From NCBI GenBank assembly GCA_002633005.1, contig NMRA01000130.1:124001-188000 (forward strand): a stretch of DNA of 64,000 nt, given 5' to 3'. The position numbers and the translations under genes are program-made. The DNA is from Phoronis australis (taxonomy: Eukaryota > Animalia > Phoronida). Below, piece by piece: positions 43,801 to 56,537 of this stretch (position 1 is the stretch's first letter; each line of letters starts with the position of its first letter). The notes beneath the pieces were generated by a model. The model was given only the letters and a program-made list of their open reading frames with translations, was not told the DNA's origin and did no database searches.

Positions 43801-44213
43801 AGTGGGCAATCAGCTTTTATACAAATTTAATAATTCGTTGTTTACTGAATTAAACTGAAGAGTGTTAAAAATTGAACTACTCTAGACAAAGTTACAGAAA
43901 GCCTTAACATGATCAAAACTTGAATCCCGTGAACATTCGTAAGTTCCTTGAAGTTGAAAGAACTTGACGGTAGGCTACAGGAGCCAGACGAAAAATCCGA
44001 CTAAAACTTCTTATTAAAACTAGAATCTGGGTTTTAACAAGAAACCAGATGAAATAATTATGTGTTTTAAACATGGTGCGTCAGAACATGCAGCCTAACA
44101 AACGACAGCAGCAAGTGAAAATATGATTGAGTTTGACACTGACCCATATTTGAACTTTCATTCGTCCAGGTGCACGGTCGACTCTCATTTCGACCCTCCA
44201 TACTACGACTTAC

Positions 44214-44900
44214 CTCTGTGCTGTTCATAGGTCAACAAAGTTTCTGATAAACTTGCATATGCCAAGAAAATCGAAAAGAAACACAATATATTCCAGCCCA
44301 TTTCCGATCTTTCAAGCTCCCATTTGTTGAAGTGTTTAAAGTCCTATCGAAACGAACACTCCTCAACTACTCAATACTGTCCGAGACGTTTTCTTGTTAT
44401 AGACAATGTCGAAGAAGTGAACTGTTTCTAAATGGGTCAACAATGAATCGTGCTAGAGGTCGACCCCTCTGCCAATCGTGTCAAATCTGCCTCCCGTTCA
44501 GTAACCTAGGACCTTGCTAAATAGCAAGACTTCGCGAGATTACGTGAGATATTGTCGTGCATTTTAAATGAGAACACATGACTTTGACTAGGTTTTAGCT
44601 AGGTCCTAGCGTAGGTCCTAGCGTAAACGGAACGCACGCCTGGTATGTAGGGCCCGAGGTCAATCCCCCTCAAAATGACTTGAGTTCAGATCTATAGGAC
44701 GGCTGATAAGACTACAGCTCTTATAAATAAAGCACTACAACCAGTAAATAAATTCTTTTCAAAAATACGATCTATGAATACGACGGGACTTTGCCCAGGT
44801 TGGCCTCGTTCCCGGCCCGGCGGCGACGCTCGGCCGCGGGGAGTTCCGGCAGTTTTACTTTCCGAACAGTTACCGTGTAGGTTCAGTAGTGTTGACCCGT
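44214..44900 (-). other. Probable first exon of an unidentified large-intron minus-strand gene; may end with ATG-AAC-AGC-ACA-GAG (MNSTE)
   Basis: Consensus donor GAG|gtaagt (acttac at 44208-44213). ATG at 44228-44226 has an in-frame TGA just upstream. The + strand of 1-44 kb appears A/C-rich, as expected for minus-strand intron. The upstream boundary is uncertain. Confidence 0.45.
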
Positions 44901-45660
44901 ATCATTACCAAATATGTGATCCAGGTTTTTGTAATAAGTATCGACTTCTATTAGAGGAAGTCTGTAACGGGCCATAAAGAGCAAAGTGAAATGGACAACC
45001 AAGTCAGTTTCAGTTCCGGACTGATCGACGAGATATAATGCGGAGCGGAGCGGCGTTCATTGGCGGGCGGCAATCAATGACTGATACGTCGCCACTATCC
45101 ACCTATGTCACGGTGCCCGGCGAAATTTCTTAACTAATAGTAATGCGTGTATTAGGTTAATGCACCTCAAGACAAAAATTAGGAACCAGAAAAAACACAC
45201 CGTCATGCACTGCACGCGCCACAAGGTCAGAGTGAAAACAGTTTCCAATAGCACTATGAGCCACTGACAAGGCTCTCCAACAGAAGACAACTAGAAGCTA
45301 ATCAATAAAAATTTCGGAGACTTGCGTTCACCAACAGAACAATGCCGTTAACGAACGCATGCGCCTATATCAGTTAATTCACTCACTTAGACTGGCGCCT
45401 GCATGTGAGAAGACAAGCCAGTGTCCTGAAGGTGGGGCGGTAGTTTTTTTGTGACACTTATAATCTACCATTAAGCTTAATTTTACTAATTCTTTCTTAA
45501 ATTTGAATTGTTTCAACTCTACTATATGTAGCGGCAGCCACCTTCAATTCGAGCACCAACGGGTTCGGCTTACCAGACATGAATGCGTTGTAACATTTCA
45601 CATCACGCAATTCTGAGAAATAGCCTTTTACATGTCAAGTCTGCGGAAGTGACGTCATTC
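44780..45660. promoter_or_regulatory. CpG-rich, probably bidirectional housekeeping-type promoter
   Basis: Local CpG/GC enrichment. TTCCGG (ETS) ~45014, ATTGGCGGGCGG ~45059-45070, NRF1-like CGCATGCGC 45356-45364, GC box GGGGCGG 45434-45440, overlapping ETS-CRE CGGAAGTGACGTCA 45644-45657. Outward-facing splice donors on both sides (44213 minus, 45745 plus). Confidence 0.7.
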
Positions 45661-45744
45661 TCGAGCACTTCGGCATTTGTCTTTCATGTGTTAACTACGG
45701 TAGACAAGAAATCGTTTTTCTACTCGTTCTTGCCATAAACATAG
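45660..45744 (+). other. ABRACL: Probable non-coding first (5'UTR) exon of ABRACL, followed by a ~9.9-kb intron
   Basis: Lies directly after the ETS/CRE promoter motif and ends in a good donor, ATAG|gtaaga. The ATG exon begins with an acceptor, so an upstream exon is required. The + strand is T-rich downstream. The start coordinate is approximate. Confidence 0.65.
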
Positions 45745-46574
45745 GTAAGATTAATGCCAACACTTCATTGCTTGCCCCAAAATTTATACAGTAGCCAAAT
45801 TCAGTGCTTGGTTATGTTTTGTTGCTTTTTATTCTTGTTTGTTTGAGGAGTTGATGAATCACGGAATCTGACTCGCCTCGTTTCAGCATTTTCAGTAAGT
45901 CAGCTTTGTCAAGCCTTTGTCGTGTATTATCCCACGTTGTGAAAATGTAAACTCTGAAAACCGCAAAGTGACTGCCCCAACTGACCCTTAACTGTTTCTA
46001 TCCAGTCCTGATCGAAAACCCTGACGCAAAACTCGGGTGTCCTGATCGGCTGATGCCGAGGGTGGGTCAAATTACTTCCTGTTTGTTTGTTGATTTTGTA
46101 AATCATTACTGATGACTGGACTTGGGAACAGTGTGGCTAATTGTGTACAATTTTATTATTTTTGTTAACATCAGTCTCTATAATTCCTGAATCTGAGAAT
46201 ATGAAAATGACTTCTTTTATCAAAACAGCAGTAATAGCCAAAATTACCTCGCCTGGAACTCTAAGCAGCGACCCCAATAAAAGTATAATAGGCAATCGCC
46301 TGTTAGCGAGTGGCTGACAGAGGCTCATATGAGTCACCGTAAGCATATCTACAGCAGTAAACAGTAGGCCTACCACCATCTCAACTGGCTCCAGTATAGA
46401 CGTGGCCATCCCACAGGCCCATATTCCCTTGCACGAGCAGTGTAAAAACATCCAGCTGCTAATTTGGGCAACTGAATGAAGGACTGTTTGAAACAAAAGT
46501 TTGATTGCCGAAGCATTTTTTTTAAGCTTATAACAGTTAAAGACATCAACAGCCCCCTAAGGTGTCCTGTGTGC

Positions 46575-47030
46575 AAAATGTACTTATAGCACCATGACTT
46601 TGAGGGTTTAATCAGTGTGAGTCATAATGGGCCAAAAAGCTTCTGGATTGTGGAGGGCCTATGGGGTGACCACCATCTCTACTGGGGCCAGTTGAGATGG
46701 TGATACTGTCTAATCTGTACAAAGTTTCGCTCTACCTTGCGCTTTAAATCTCAGGCACCCTGACTTTAGGAACCAGACAGTCACTGAATAATGTGCCCGT
46801 TATTCAATGATTTGTCAAACATTATCGCGGCAAAAGCATACTCAGATTGCTGGTGGCGATCGTAGCCCCATGGTCTTCCTGCGTTTACAAATTACATCTC
46901 ACTCACCCTGACCATTGTGGTCAGCCCATTACCATAGCCTTTGTGTTTCCAATGCTGTTAGCCTAATTTGGTGGAAACAATTACAGGCACACCACTGTCT
47001 AACTAAGGTTGAGGCATTGATGTTTTGGGG
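46575..47030 (+). repeat. Dispersed ~450-bp repeat, copy A (ABRACL intron 1)
   Basis: Colinear with 54908-55380: caaaatgtactta...accatctctactgg...gctttaaat...ttaggaaccagaca...tcactgaataatgtgcccgt...gattgctggtggcga...caggcac. Confidence 0.85.
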
Positions 47031-47049
47031 AGTTACAGTCAGCATGAGC

Positions 47050-47400
47050 ACTTAACTTCGGTCCTGGATTGAAGTTAACAGCGCCAGTAAACTTCGCACT
47101 AAACAAGTTGATTCAACTTCGGTCCCATTGAAGTTATCGCTAAGTGCCACTGTTATCGTCAACAATTACAGGGTAGTGTTGTTGCTAATATTTGCTTATA
47201 TTTTGCTAATGATCATCAATCGAATTAAAAATAAGTTTTATGTCAATTAGCACATTTAAATGTTCCCAAATTGTCATATTAAAAGAATCTTAGTGTGCAG
47301 CGCTACCTTGTGATTACTTCGATGGCAACAGTGTCACCTACCGTTTACTTCGAAGTCCATTAACTACCGAAGCCAGTATGAATGGTTTAATTAACTTTGC
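47050..47400. repeat. Degenerate palindromic element (old MITE-like)
   Basis: gtgccactgttatcgtcaacaattacagggtagtgttg (47144-47181) pairs imperfectly with cagcgctaccttgtgattacttcgatggcaacagtgtcac (47298-47337). Repeated aacttcg motifs. Confidence 0.55.
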
Positions 47401-47906
47401 AGTTTACGTTGACGCTCCGCGCATACCGGACTCAGTATGAAAAGGCGTCATTTAACTCGGGCATATCTTTTTGAGTAGGCTTGACATGCTGATTGGCTGG
47501 GGAGTACCTTGCTGTCGCCAGAATTCCTTTGATATCCTAAGAGATCCTGGGGATAAAGCACTTCGCCTAGCCTAGTCTTGGTGTAGCAATTCCTGTAAAC
47601 GCTATTCCCAGTCATGTTCACTCACCAAACACAACTTCCAAATCAACTTGCCAATCAGAGTCTCTTACACTTTCTCCGTTTTACAGCAAACCTATTTGTA
47701 ATTGTGACCTTTCCCCCAGATTTAAAACGGAATTATAACTTCTTACTCTCTCTTGGTGACATGAAGTCACAAGGGCCAATGTCTCATTGTGTAATCTAAT
47801 CAGAATTGGAAAAATCTCCTTATTATCACTGGACAATGGTTGCTTCAGTTATTAATGAATGATGCCAATACTAGACATACCTTTATTTGGAATATGGAAT
47901 TTTTTT

Positions 47907-48397
47907 CAGGGCTTGGAATTTTCCGCGGAAACGTGGATTTCCGCTTTTTTCAAATGTGCTTTCTGCTTTTTTTATAATATTTCCGCGTAAAAAAATCGGA
48001 TTTGATATAAAATTTCCGCAGCAAATTCCTTTCTTACCGCGGTGTTGCAGACGACGTTCACCTCGAAAAGCGGAAGTTGCTCTTTATGTTCGGAGGAACG
48101 TAAATTGTCAACATTGCCGGGGCATATGGGACAGCGTGGTGGGATTTTCAATGGGGTCTCGTGTTATTGTTAAGTGCGGCGACAAATACTACCGCTCTGC
48201 AGCCAAAAATGTGTGGGTTGGGAGTGGACGGGCGAGCTGAAAGGACGCAGACGCATGCTAGTGATGGTGGTAACGTTTTTTTTTTTAGTCCTCCCGATTT
48301 TTGTCGGGGAAAAGTTCACCTTTCAAGGCAGGTTATCGGGCATGATTTGGGCCGTAAAAGTTTCCGCGTTTTTTGTCATTGGTCATTCCAAGCCCTG
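47907..48397. mobile_element. MITE with 13-bp TIR CAGGGCTTGGAAT (hAT-like end), in ABRACL intron 1
   Basis: CAGGGCTTGGAAT at 47907 and ATTCCAAGCCCTG ending at 48397, repeated TTTCCGC subterminal motifs, CpG-rich. Inserted in a T-run with no clean 8-bp TSD. Confidence 0.8.
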
Positions 48398-49148
48398 TTT
48401 TTTACTATTTGAGCAAAGGTCATGGTGTCGAAATTGACATCATGCATGCAATTTTAAAAGCAATGAAGGCTGTCACTTGCCAATTCCAGCAGAAATTAGT
48501 TGTATTATGTATTATTATATAATTTGGAAAAATTATAAAGTTATGAATTCATATTTTGGCATTACTAATCCTAGAGCTGCTGCCATGGTAACACAATTGT
48601 AGGTCCTTCTAAAAGCTTATTTGTGAATGTGTGTCATGTCCATCTACACGCAAATTTCTTGTTCAAACTTGTGCCATCTACACGCTTCTCCGATGTCCCG
48701 CTGGAAATTGAGAAAAGTCTCAGCACGTCCTCGTACTAAGTTGCCACAACCACCAGAAACACTGTAACTTGGCATAAACCACAGGAAAACCATGACTTTT
48801 GTCACTAACACAACTTACAGAGAATGGCCAGTGCTGTGATTGGTTGTCACAATTTTAAGTACTATCTTTCAACCAATAAATGCTTGTCACTTGAGATCAG
48901 CTAATTAACATATCGCCGGATGGCGTTTGCGGGCATTTTAATTTGACAGCTGATCAACTGAGGTTGTTTTTGTGTTTTTGATATGAAATTGGTAATTTTT
49001 TAGCACTTTAATGCAGATCTCATCACGATTTGATCCCGAAGTCTACTTTACCGCTTCGTCACTTACGTACATTTTCTGATACTTTGTTTCTTCCCTAAAT
49101 TGAATTCCTATTATTTTTGATAAACAGTTATGTGGAGCGTAAGACCAA

Positions 49149-50235
49149 TTTTTATGCGCCCACATATTTATATGTGGACGCATTATGCCGTCATCTCTGT
49201 CCGTCCGTCCGTCCGGGCGGCGTCCGTCCGGCGTCTGGCGTCCGGCGTCCGCTGCTCTATCTCCAAAACCCTTTGACATACGTTCATGAAATTTGGCACA
49301 TATCTTCCATTCATGAATGGGACGGCATGTGCGAACTTTCGGACGGATCCGACTACCGGTGTGCCCCCTAGTGGCAATTTTAGTTTTTTACGCTTACCTT
49401 TGTATCTTCAAAAGTCCTGAACGGATTTTCATGAAATTTGGTATGTAGGCACCTAGTAGTGAGATGACGCTATCCTGCCGTTTTCGGATGGATTCGACAT
49501 AGTTTGCGCCACCTAGTGGCCATTTTTACTGTTTTCGAGTCTGTATTTTTGCGTCCACCCCTCTATCAACCAAACCGCTCAAAGGATGATTGTGAAAATT
49601 GGCGTGTATGTGCTTACTATAAGGAAGACAGCTGACAATGATTTTCAGACGATTTGGACTACTGTGGCGCCTCCTAGTGGCAGTTTTGTTTTTTTGCGCC
49701 CATGGCTGTATCTCCCAAACCGTTTGCAGGATCTTTACTAAATTTAGCAAGTGTATTTATGTGATGTTGACAACGGACGATGACGACTTTAGGATGATTC
49801 TGATTACCGGTATGCCTCTAGTGGCAATTTTAGTATTTGCCTCTAGTGGCAATTTTAGTATTTTACATTGACCTCTGTATTTTCATAGGTCTTTAGGTGT
49901 ATACTTTGTGTTACTTCGTGACTGTGAAGGAAAAGTTCCAAGTAGAAATTTGTTTCTGGCATTCTAATGCTGTGCTAATCTCGTATGTTGGTAAATTTGT
50001 TTTTAATTCTATGTTTCTGTGGTGCTTTAAGCAACTGGTGTATAGGATGTGCTTGTATTATGAAGATTACTCACATTTTGCCCCTAGCCTATTGAGGAGA
50101 CAATGATCATGCCTTTCCATTTTGCAAAGTATGCCCTCTACTGGCCACTTTATGGTACCAATAAACAACCCTAGAAGGATACCGTATGCGGTGCAATTGT
50201 GGGCGCATTTCTACGCTCCGCGTTGCTCTTGTTTT
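49149..50235 (+). mobile_element. Helentron-associated / DINE-1-like non-autonomous element (HINE) with an internal tandem array
   Basis: T-run, 5' subterminal IR ATGCGCCCACA (49154-49164) forming a hairpin with TGTGGACGCAT, (CCGT)n microsatellite, ~145-160-bp tandem monomers, 3' IR TGTGGGCGCAT (50198-50208), small hairpin 50211-50225, terminal CTCTTGTTTT. No TSD. Confidence 0.88.
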
Positions 50236-50350
50236 CTTATGTCTCTAATACACATTTTCTGAAACAGGCTCCTGATTTAAACTTCAAGGAACTAATCACT
50301 GGTCAACAGACTACTGTCTTAACTATAAACATTTACATGTAGATGCCTAT

Positions 50351-50566
50351 AGCACTATGTATTTACAGCACTCTGCATTTACAGCACTATGCATTTACAG
50401 CGCTATGCATTTACAGCGCTATGCATTTACAGCGCTATGCATTTACAGCGCTATGCATTTACAGCGCTATGCATTTACAGCGCTATGCATTTACAGCGCT
50501 ATGCATTTGCAGTACTATGCATTTGCAGCACTATGCATTTGCAGCACTATGCATTCGCAGCACTAT
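50351..50566. repeat. 16-bp minisatellite (CAGCGCTATGCATTTA), ~13.5 copies
   Basis: Direct reading. The 16-aa periodicity of the overlapping ORFs (3 x 16 nt) confirms the period. Confidence 0.97.
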
Positions 50567-51204
50567 CTACGTATAGTTTTCTGCGGACAAAGTAAAAATG
50601 CTTTCAAAATAATTTCTGTGACTAGAGCTTCATTAGATTTTGTGTTAGTCCAGAATTTGTAATTACTTGACTTGCATTTACACTTACATTCAATAGCAAC
50701 ATATTACCTTTAATCAACAGATTCAACTTGAAACATGACTGATGATAGTATCTGTTGTTTAATTGTCTAACTATTTCTTGTGGAAATTTATTTAAGGTTC
50801 CAACCTACAAATTTTTCTAAATATTTCCCCATAAAGCTACAATAATGCTGACAAAAACCCTGTCAAATGATATGACACCTATGCAGTACTTCATTGATGG
50901 GATATTTGTCTAGGATCCTGCATAACCTTAACTCATGACCCTGGTTTAAAAGGAGGCCTATAATCCCCTGGGTTAATCATGGCCAAATTAAACACACACC
51001 TTTGTTGTGGCTCTGGGAAATACACAAGGGCAATTCCATTTGTGATGGACCTACAATCAGAGAATATTTTGATCAATTGTGAAAAAAATGTTCACCTTAG
51101 GAAAATAATTACTGTAATACCTCAATTGATAGGTCTCACTGATAGCTTTCAAAGCATGTATCACTTTCCCCCTATCTTTTAATCTGACTGAGAAAATTGA
51201 CTTT

Positions 51205-53760
51205 AAAGGGGTGTGACGGACATACGCAGAGAATTTGAATTTTTTTTTAAATTTTAATGTTAATTTTCTGTGATTTGCATTAAGTTACAATTTTATGTTT
51301 TACATGATGACTTAGTGGAATGTTTACAAAGTACAACACACTAGTTTATTTGATGATATCTGCTAAGAAATTTTTGTCAGAGAACTCGACATAAGTTGAG
51401 TTACTGTGACGGACGTGTGTGATGGACGTACGCTCTGAATTTTTAGTATTAAACTGTTTGTTGTGACTACGATATCAATTCAGAATGATTCAAACTTTTG
51501 CAGTATTTAAGCAATATTGGTATTTTGCTACTAATACAATGTTTTTTAATTAAAATGTACCGACTGACCTTTTGCACGAAATCATCACAGGTAGGGCAAC
51601 ACTAGGAATATACTCTAGGATTTTAACTTTTCAATACATTTGATTAAAGATATAAAACAATCACCTAAAATCTTCTCTAAGACTTCCTTTTAAAGAGGGT
51701 AAGCATTATCGGTTGGATTGAGAGTGATAATCATTTTGTATTTGACAGGTGTGAGTTATCTGGAAAATCTGTTTTTAAGCGTTAAATAGAACACTAATTC
51801 AAAGCTAGTACGTAAATATGACAGTCTAAATATAAAATGTGACATAAAGTTTGAAACATTTCTAATCACTGGCATAAAAATGCATTTTAATTATTTGTTT
51901 TTTAAATTAGAACTTATCCTCAGAGCTTGTACAAAATCATTCTCTGGTCCATGCTGTCGATGGTTCTGATGCATGCCCATGTAAGTAATAACTGTGATGT
52001 TTTTAAAGTGTTAGTAACAGGACTTCAGTGTCTTATTAAAACCAAGTGTGAAGCATATGGTTTAGTAGACATCATCCACTTTTGGCATTCATGTTTTGAT
52101 TCAAATCACCCGTGCTATCTTTCAGTGTGAAAAAAAGACATTTTAAATTAATTGCATATAGGATTATGATTTAGGAATATGTATAGCTAACTTATCAGAT
52201 GCTGGGTTCTATTTAGTGATTAAAATGATTATGTTTTCATCCAGCTCTTTAACTCATGCCTTCTTTTCAAATTTAATAAGAGGCTTTAAATAATGCCACA
52301 TCACATAACGCACATCCACGATGGCATTTTTATCGAGTTTCAGAGAATATCCCAGCACATATTTATTCTTCTCCCGGTTGCGTCTGTTCTTCCCGTGGTC
52401 TCAAACAATTTCTTCTATCCTTTCTAAATGGGGTTTAATCTCCTCGAAGCTCAGCAGAAAAAAAAAATAATCGACTAATTCTTAAAAAGATTGAAGGATC
52501 AAGAATATGTAAGATTAGACAATGTAATAATTTGCTATGAAGTAATTTCATGCAAGCCACCCAATGACCCAATACACTGAAAAACACAAAAAGAGTGCCT
52601 ACAGTAAGTGAGGGTGTGACAAAAATGCTAAATAAAGTAGGTGACAGATGCTTACCACTTGAAAATTCACGGTATGGGCTTTTTCAACACAAGCACAACA
52701 TAGCAAGTCGAAGCAGAAATAACATGTTGATTCCAGTGCAGTAGCAAGTTGGCATGTGTTCCTTTAGGTCTCTTGTTATTTGCTATACTCTAGAGCAACT
52801 TAGGATTTCTTTTGTATGAATATTTTTGCATCCTGAATTTCCCAAAAGCTAAGCATTTCTGTACTAACACGGGGTACCAACAGAAAACAAACAGTAAGTT
52901 CATTAAATTAACATTTTGTTTTATTTACATTTTATAATGTGGTACAACTGTTTGATTTTAATAGTTGAATTTTACTAAGAATAACTAGATTACATTGTAA
53001 ACTAAACTTTTCTGCAAATACTTTTGAAATTCAAAAAAACCAATGCATTTAGTTAAAATCTGTAACAACTTCTTCACTTAATTTTAAAGATGCCTTTGTA
53101 ATATTTTATGGTTTTAAGGTTCTTGGGTGTGAGACACATTTTATCATGCAAGTTTAGAAAGTAAAAATATGACCTAAGGTTATTTTTATTGGCTGAAAAA
53201 TTGCAATTTCATGGGTGTGACGGACGTACGTGACGGACGTACAAATTTGCTGTACGTCTGTCACACAATTTCTGACTAAACGAATAATCCCTGGGATCCA
53301 AAATTTTGGTCAATAGTATTGAGTAACGAGTTAAAAGAGAATCTGAAATTATTTTAATTTTGATTAAAAACTTATAACTTAACTAAACTTTTTAACACTT
53401 TGTGATGGACGTACGGCACCATGATATCCAGGAGTTGACCTTTGACCCCAAGAGGTCATTGATGTGCCAAAGTTGAAATGCTATTTTTTATAAAGTTTGG
53501 GGTTCATGTGATTGCACAAAATTGATAATATAGTGAAAACACCATAATTAGCTTTGTTATGACAATAATTAGCAAAACACATGAAAATAGTGCTAATTTT
53601 TTAGGGTCAAGTGACCCCCAAAAATGGGTCCATTTAAGCAAAAAATTTAAAGTTATAGGACAGTCAAATATGGGTCCTGAAACTAGAGAGAGAGGGCTTT
53701 CAGATGAGACCAAAAATGTTGGTATAGCCACAATTTTAATTTTTTGTGTCTAGGTTGACC
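51205..53760. mobile_element. Probable large AT-rich non-autonomous repeat with clustered GTGACGGACGT motifs near both ends
   Basis: Motif at ~51211, 51406, 51420, 53217, 53230, 53254 (reverse) and 53402. No ORF. Termini not resolved. Confidence 0.45.
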
Positions 53761-54809
53761 TTTTCACGGAATTGTCCACAATGTGATCTACCGTACCTGT
53801 ATGTTGGTATCCTTGGTATAAACAACCAGAGATGATGTACAGTACTCCTGACTAAAGCCTGTTTGTACGGATTACTATCACAAAAATCTATTATCGTAAT
53901 TCTCTTGCTGGGCTTCAGTAACATCTTGCCAAATACCGTAATTGAATCATTTTTAGCTCTGCAATAGGACAAGTTTAGGCTTTTTCCGTACTGGGTTACT
54001 GCAATTTACTGCCCTTCTCATTCCTATGTTTCAAGTGAAGTAAATTTGCTTTTGTAGTAAAGTAATTACCGTATTAAGTCCTTGTTTTGCTACCAGAATT
54101 TACTTTGCTTGTGGCTTTTAGGAATGTTACTGTAAATCGCTTAAGTGCGAAAGTGGCGTTAGTACTGTTTTTGGTTAGCATTCTGTTGTCTTTTTAAAGG
54201 TGTTCAACACTAGGTATAACCATGGCAGTGAAAGGATTAGTCAAGTCTAGTGCTGAGTGATCCTGTGAGGCAGGGAGACTAGAACACCTGGTAGTTGAAA
54301 AAATGCCGCAACATTGACGAAGGTTTAATAATTTTATGACTTCATCGTCAAACTTTTAAGTTGCCATTCATGTTCATTATTGTTTATCCATGGTGAATAT
54401 ACACTATTGTTACTGTATATTTTGCGTGGTAAATATTCCCTGCTCACTGCAAAAAATCAGGCTCTCTTACCCTTTGTTAAGTACGACCACTAACATAATA
54501 TTTGATCAAAGCTAAATATGTAGGCCTTCTAGTGGGTGTTTTCCTTGTGTTTGCGTTTGAAAAGCCTGCTGCCAACTGTACCTCAGGCAAATAGTGCTAT
54601 GCATTCGGGACCACAAAAGTATGGGTCATGATTATAGGCTTGCTTGATAAACAAATTTTTCATAGAGATTCCAGATGGCCGTGTCATGAGAGAACCCCAC
54701 CATAAAGCCGTCAGTTACCTGAGGGAGTATTTCCATAGAAAGTGCGCATGGCCTGTGCTGCGTTCTCTACAAAAGAGTGCCTACTCCAAATATGTTCCTT
54801 TCAAAAACG

Positions 54810-55508
54810 ATCAACGTTGATCAACAAAACTCGTAAAGAAATTATTCTTTTCATGAAAATTTTCTCAGAAATGTTGTTTGTGTCCTCTTAGTTGTCCTTT
54901 TATGCACAAAATGTACTTACTGCAACATGACGTTGATGGTTTTATCAGTGTGAGCCATAATTTGGCTAAAAGCTTCCATTGTTTGAAGGGCCTGTAGGTT
55001 GGCCTGCTTGGCCACCATCTCTACTGGAGTCAGTTGAGACTATGGTAGTGCCTAAATTGTACGGAGTATCACTCTACTTGTCGCTTTAAATTTCAGGCCG
55101 CCCTGATCTTAGGAACCAGACATTCACTGAATAATGTGCCCGTTTTTCAGTGATTTTTCAAACATAATTTCGGCAAAAGCGGGATTAGATTGCTGGTGGC
55201 GACTTTATCCCGATGGACTTCATGACTTATAAGCCGTGTTTACAAAATATACCCCACTTACCCTGATCACTGTAGTCCACACCTTACCACACTCTTTGCG
55301 TTTCCAATGCAATAATTTTTATTTGTTAGAAATAATTACAGGCACGCTACTTTTTAACAAAGATTTACGCATTCAGTTAAGGAGGACTTGTCTTTATGAG
55401 TAGACTATTCCACATTCAGTCCCTACAAAACCGATCAATGTTGATAAACAAAACTTGTAAGGAAATTATTGTTTTCTTGAAATGTTCTAAGAAATGTTGT
55501 TTATGTCC
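54810..55508 (+). repeat. Dispersed repeat, copy B, with a partial tandem second unit (period ~620 bp)
   Basis: Matches copy A. The segment gatcaacgttgat...gaaatgttgtttgtgtcc (54810-54886) recurs at 55434-55508. Confidence 0.8.
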
Positions 55509-55685
55509 ACCTCCTAGAAGGAATCTTCACTTGCACCCCTTGTAAAAAGTTGTCAAAATACCCCCTTACTATGGCTCTAAGGTACTTACTGTGACAATTC
55601 TAATGTAAAAGAAATAGAGATTATTGGTGTTGCATTGATTTCCGTTAATTTGTTTCAGGTAGTCATCTTCCAACTTATCCTGAAA

Positions 55686-55746
55686 ATGAATGTTGAACAT
55701 GAAGTCAAGCTTTTAGTAGATGAAATTAAACGTTTAGGAAACCCAG
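55686..55746 (+). CDS. ABRACL: ABRACL / Costars family protein, first coding exon (MNVEHEVKLLVDEIKRLGNP + 1 nt)
   Basis: Acceptor tgtttcag ends at 55658, followed by a short UTR, aaaATG at 55686 and donor CAG|gtaagt after 55746 (phase 1). The translation closely resembles the vertebrate ABRACL N-terminus (MNVDHEVNLLVEEIHRLG, recalled). Confidence 0.96.
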
Positions 55747-56537
55747 GTAAGTGTTAGGTTTGGACCACTTAAGCTTTTAAAGGTAAGCAAAAAGTGTTTT
55801 CCTTGTGTTATTGAGCCTTAATTTTTCTTCCTATTTATTCACAAAAACAACTATTTACATAATATTTTAATTTAATTTGCATGCCAGTTTCAGTTTTACT
55901 GAAAGTGCTACTGCAATTAAGTTCCACTGATGAGTAAATTAAGTGTAAAAGTGGTGACCCGACATTTCACCCTAAAATTTCCAATTCTAACAACATGAAG
56001 AACGACACTCAACTGCACGCTAACACAGAACAATGACTTTGCACCCTCCAAATATGTCACGAGAAGCAGCGCTCCAACCTTCGTTAGAGAATGTAAATTA
56101 ACTTTTTGATGTTGAATTGTTTGTGAAATTAATCAACAACTCACAGAAAACTATCCAAAATTTATTCAGAATAAAATACTTTCCTTTTAAACTTAGTAAA
56201 TTATCTTACAGCATTCATCCATTTGGAGTGGCTTGTCATCATTCTTATTTATAGGTTTTTTAATTGTTTTATGTTTAATGCATTTATTTAATTAGAAACC
56301 ATATTATTACTGATTGTTGGATATGGCTGGGGTTGTGTGTCCCCAGCTACATTACCTTACAATGTATAAAGCCTTGCATCGTACTGAACAAATACAAATT
56401 TGAAAATCTCTCTTGATGACTGGGCTTACAAATAACCTGAGATTATTCTAAAAGAGGGGCACAGCAAAAGGTAAGATGATTTGGCATGTGGCTTCAAAAG
56501 ACAGTTCTTTAACATTGAAAGTGTTTTTCTTTTCCAG

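Noticed and set aside
44214-44228. Naming the divergent gene from vertebrate ABRACL neighbours (REPS1/HECA)
   Set aside because: MNSTE does not match N-termini I recall for these proteins, and no diagnostic exon is in the window.
46575-47030. Intronic snoRNA call for the duplicated hairpin unit
   Set aside because: No correctly placed C/D or H/ACA boxes shared by both copies were identified, and it is far from splice sites.
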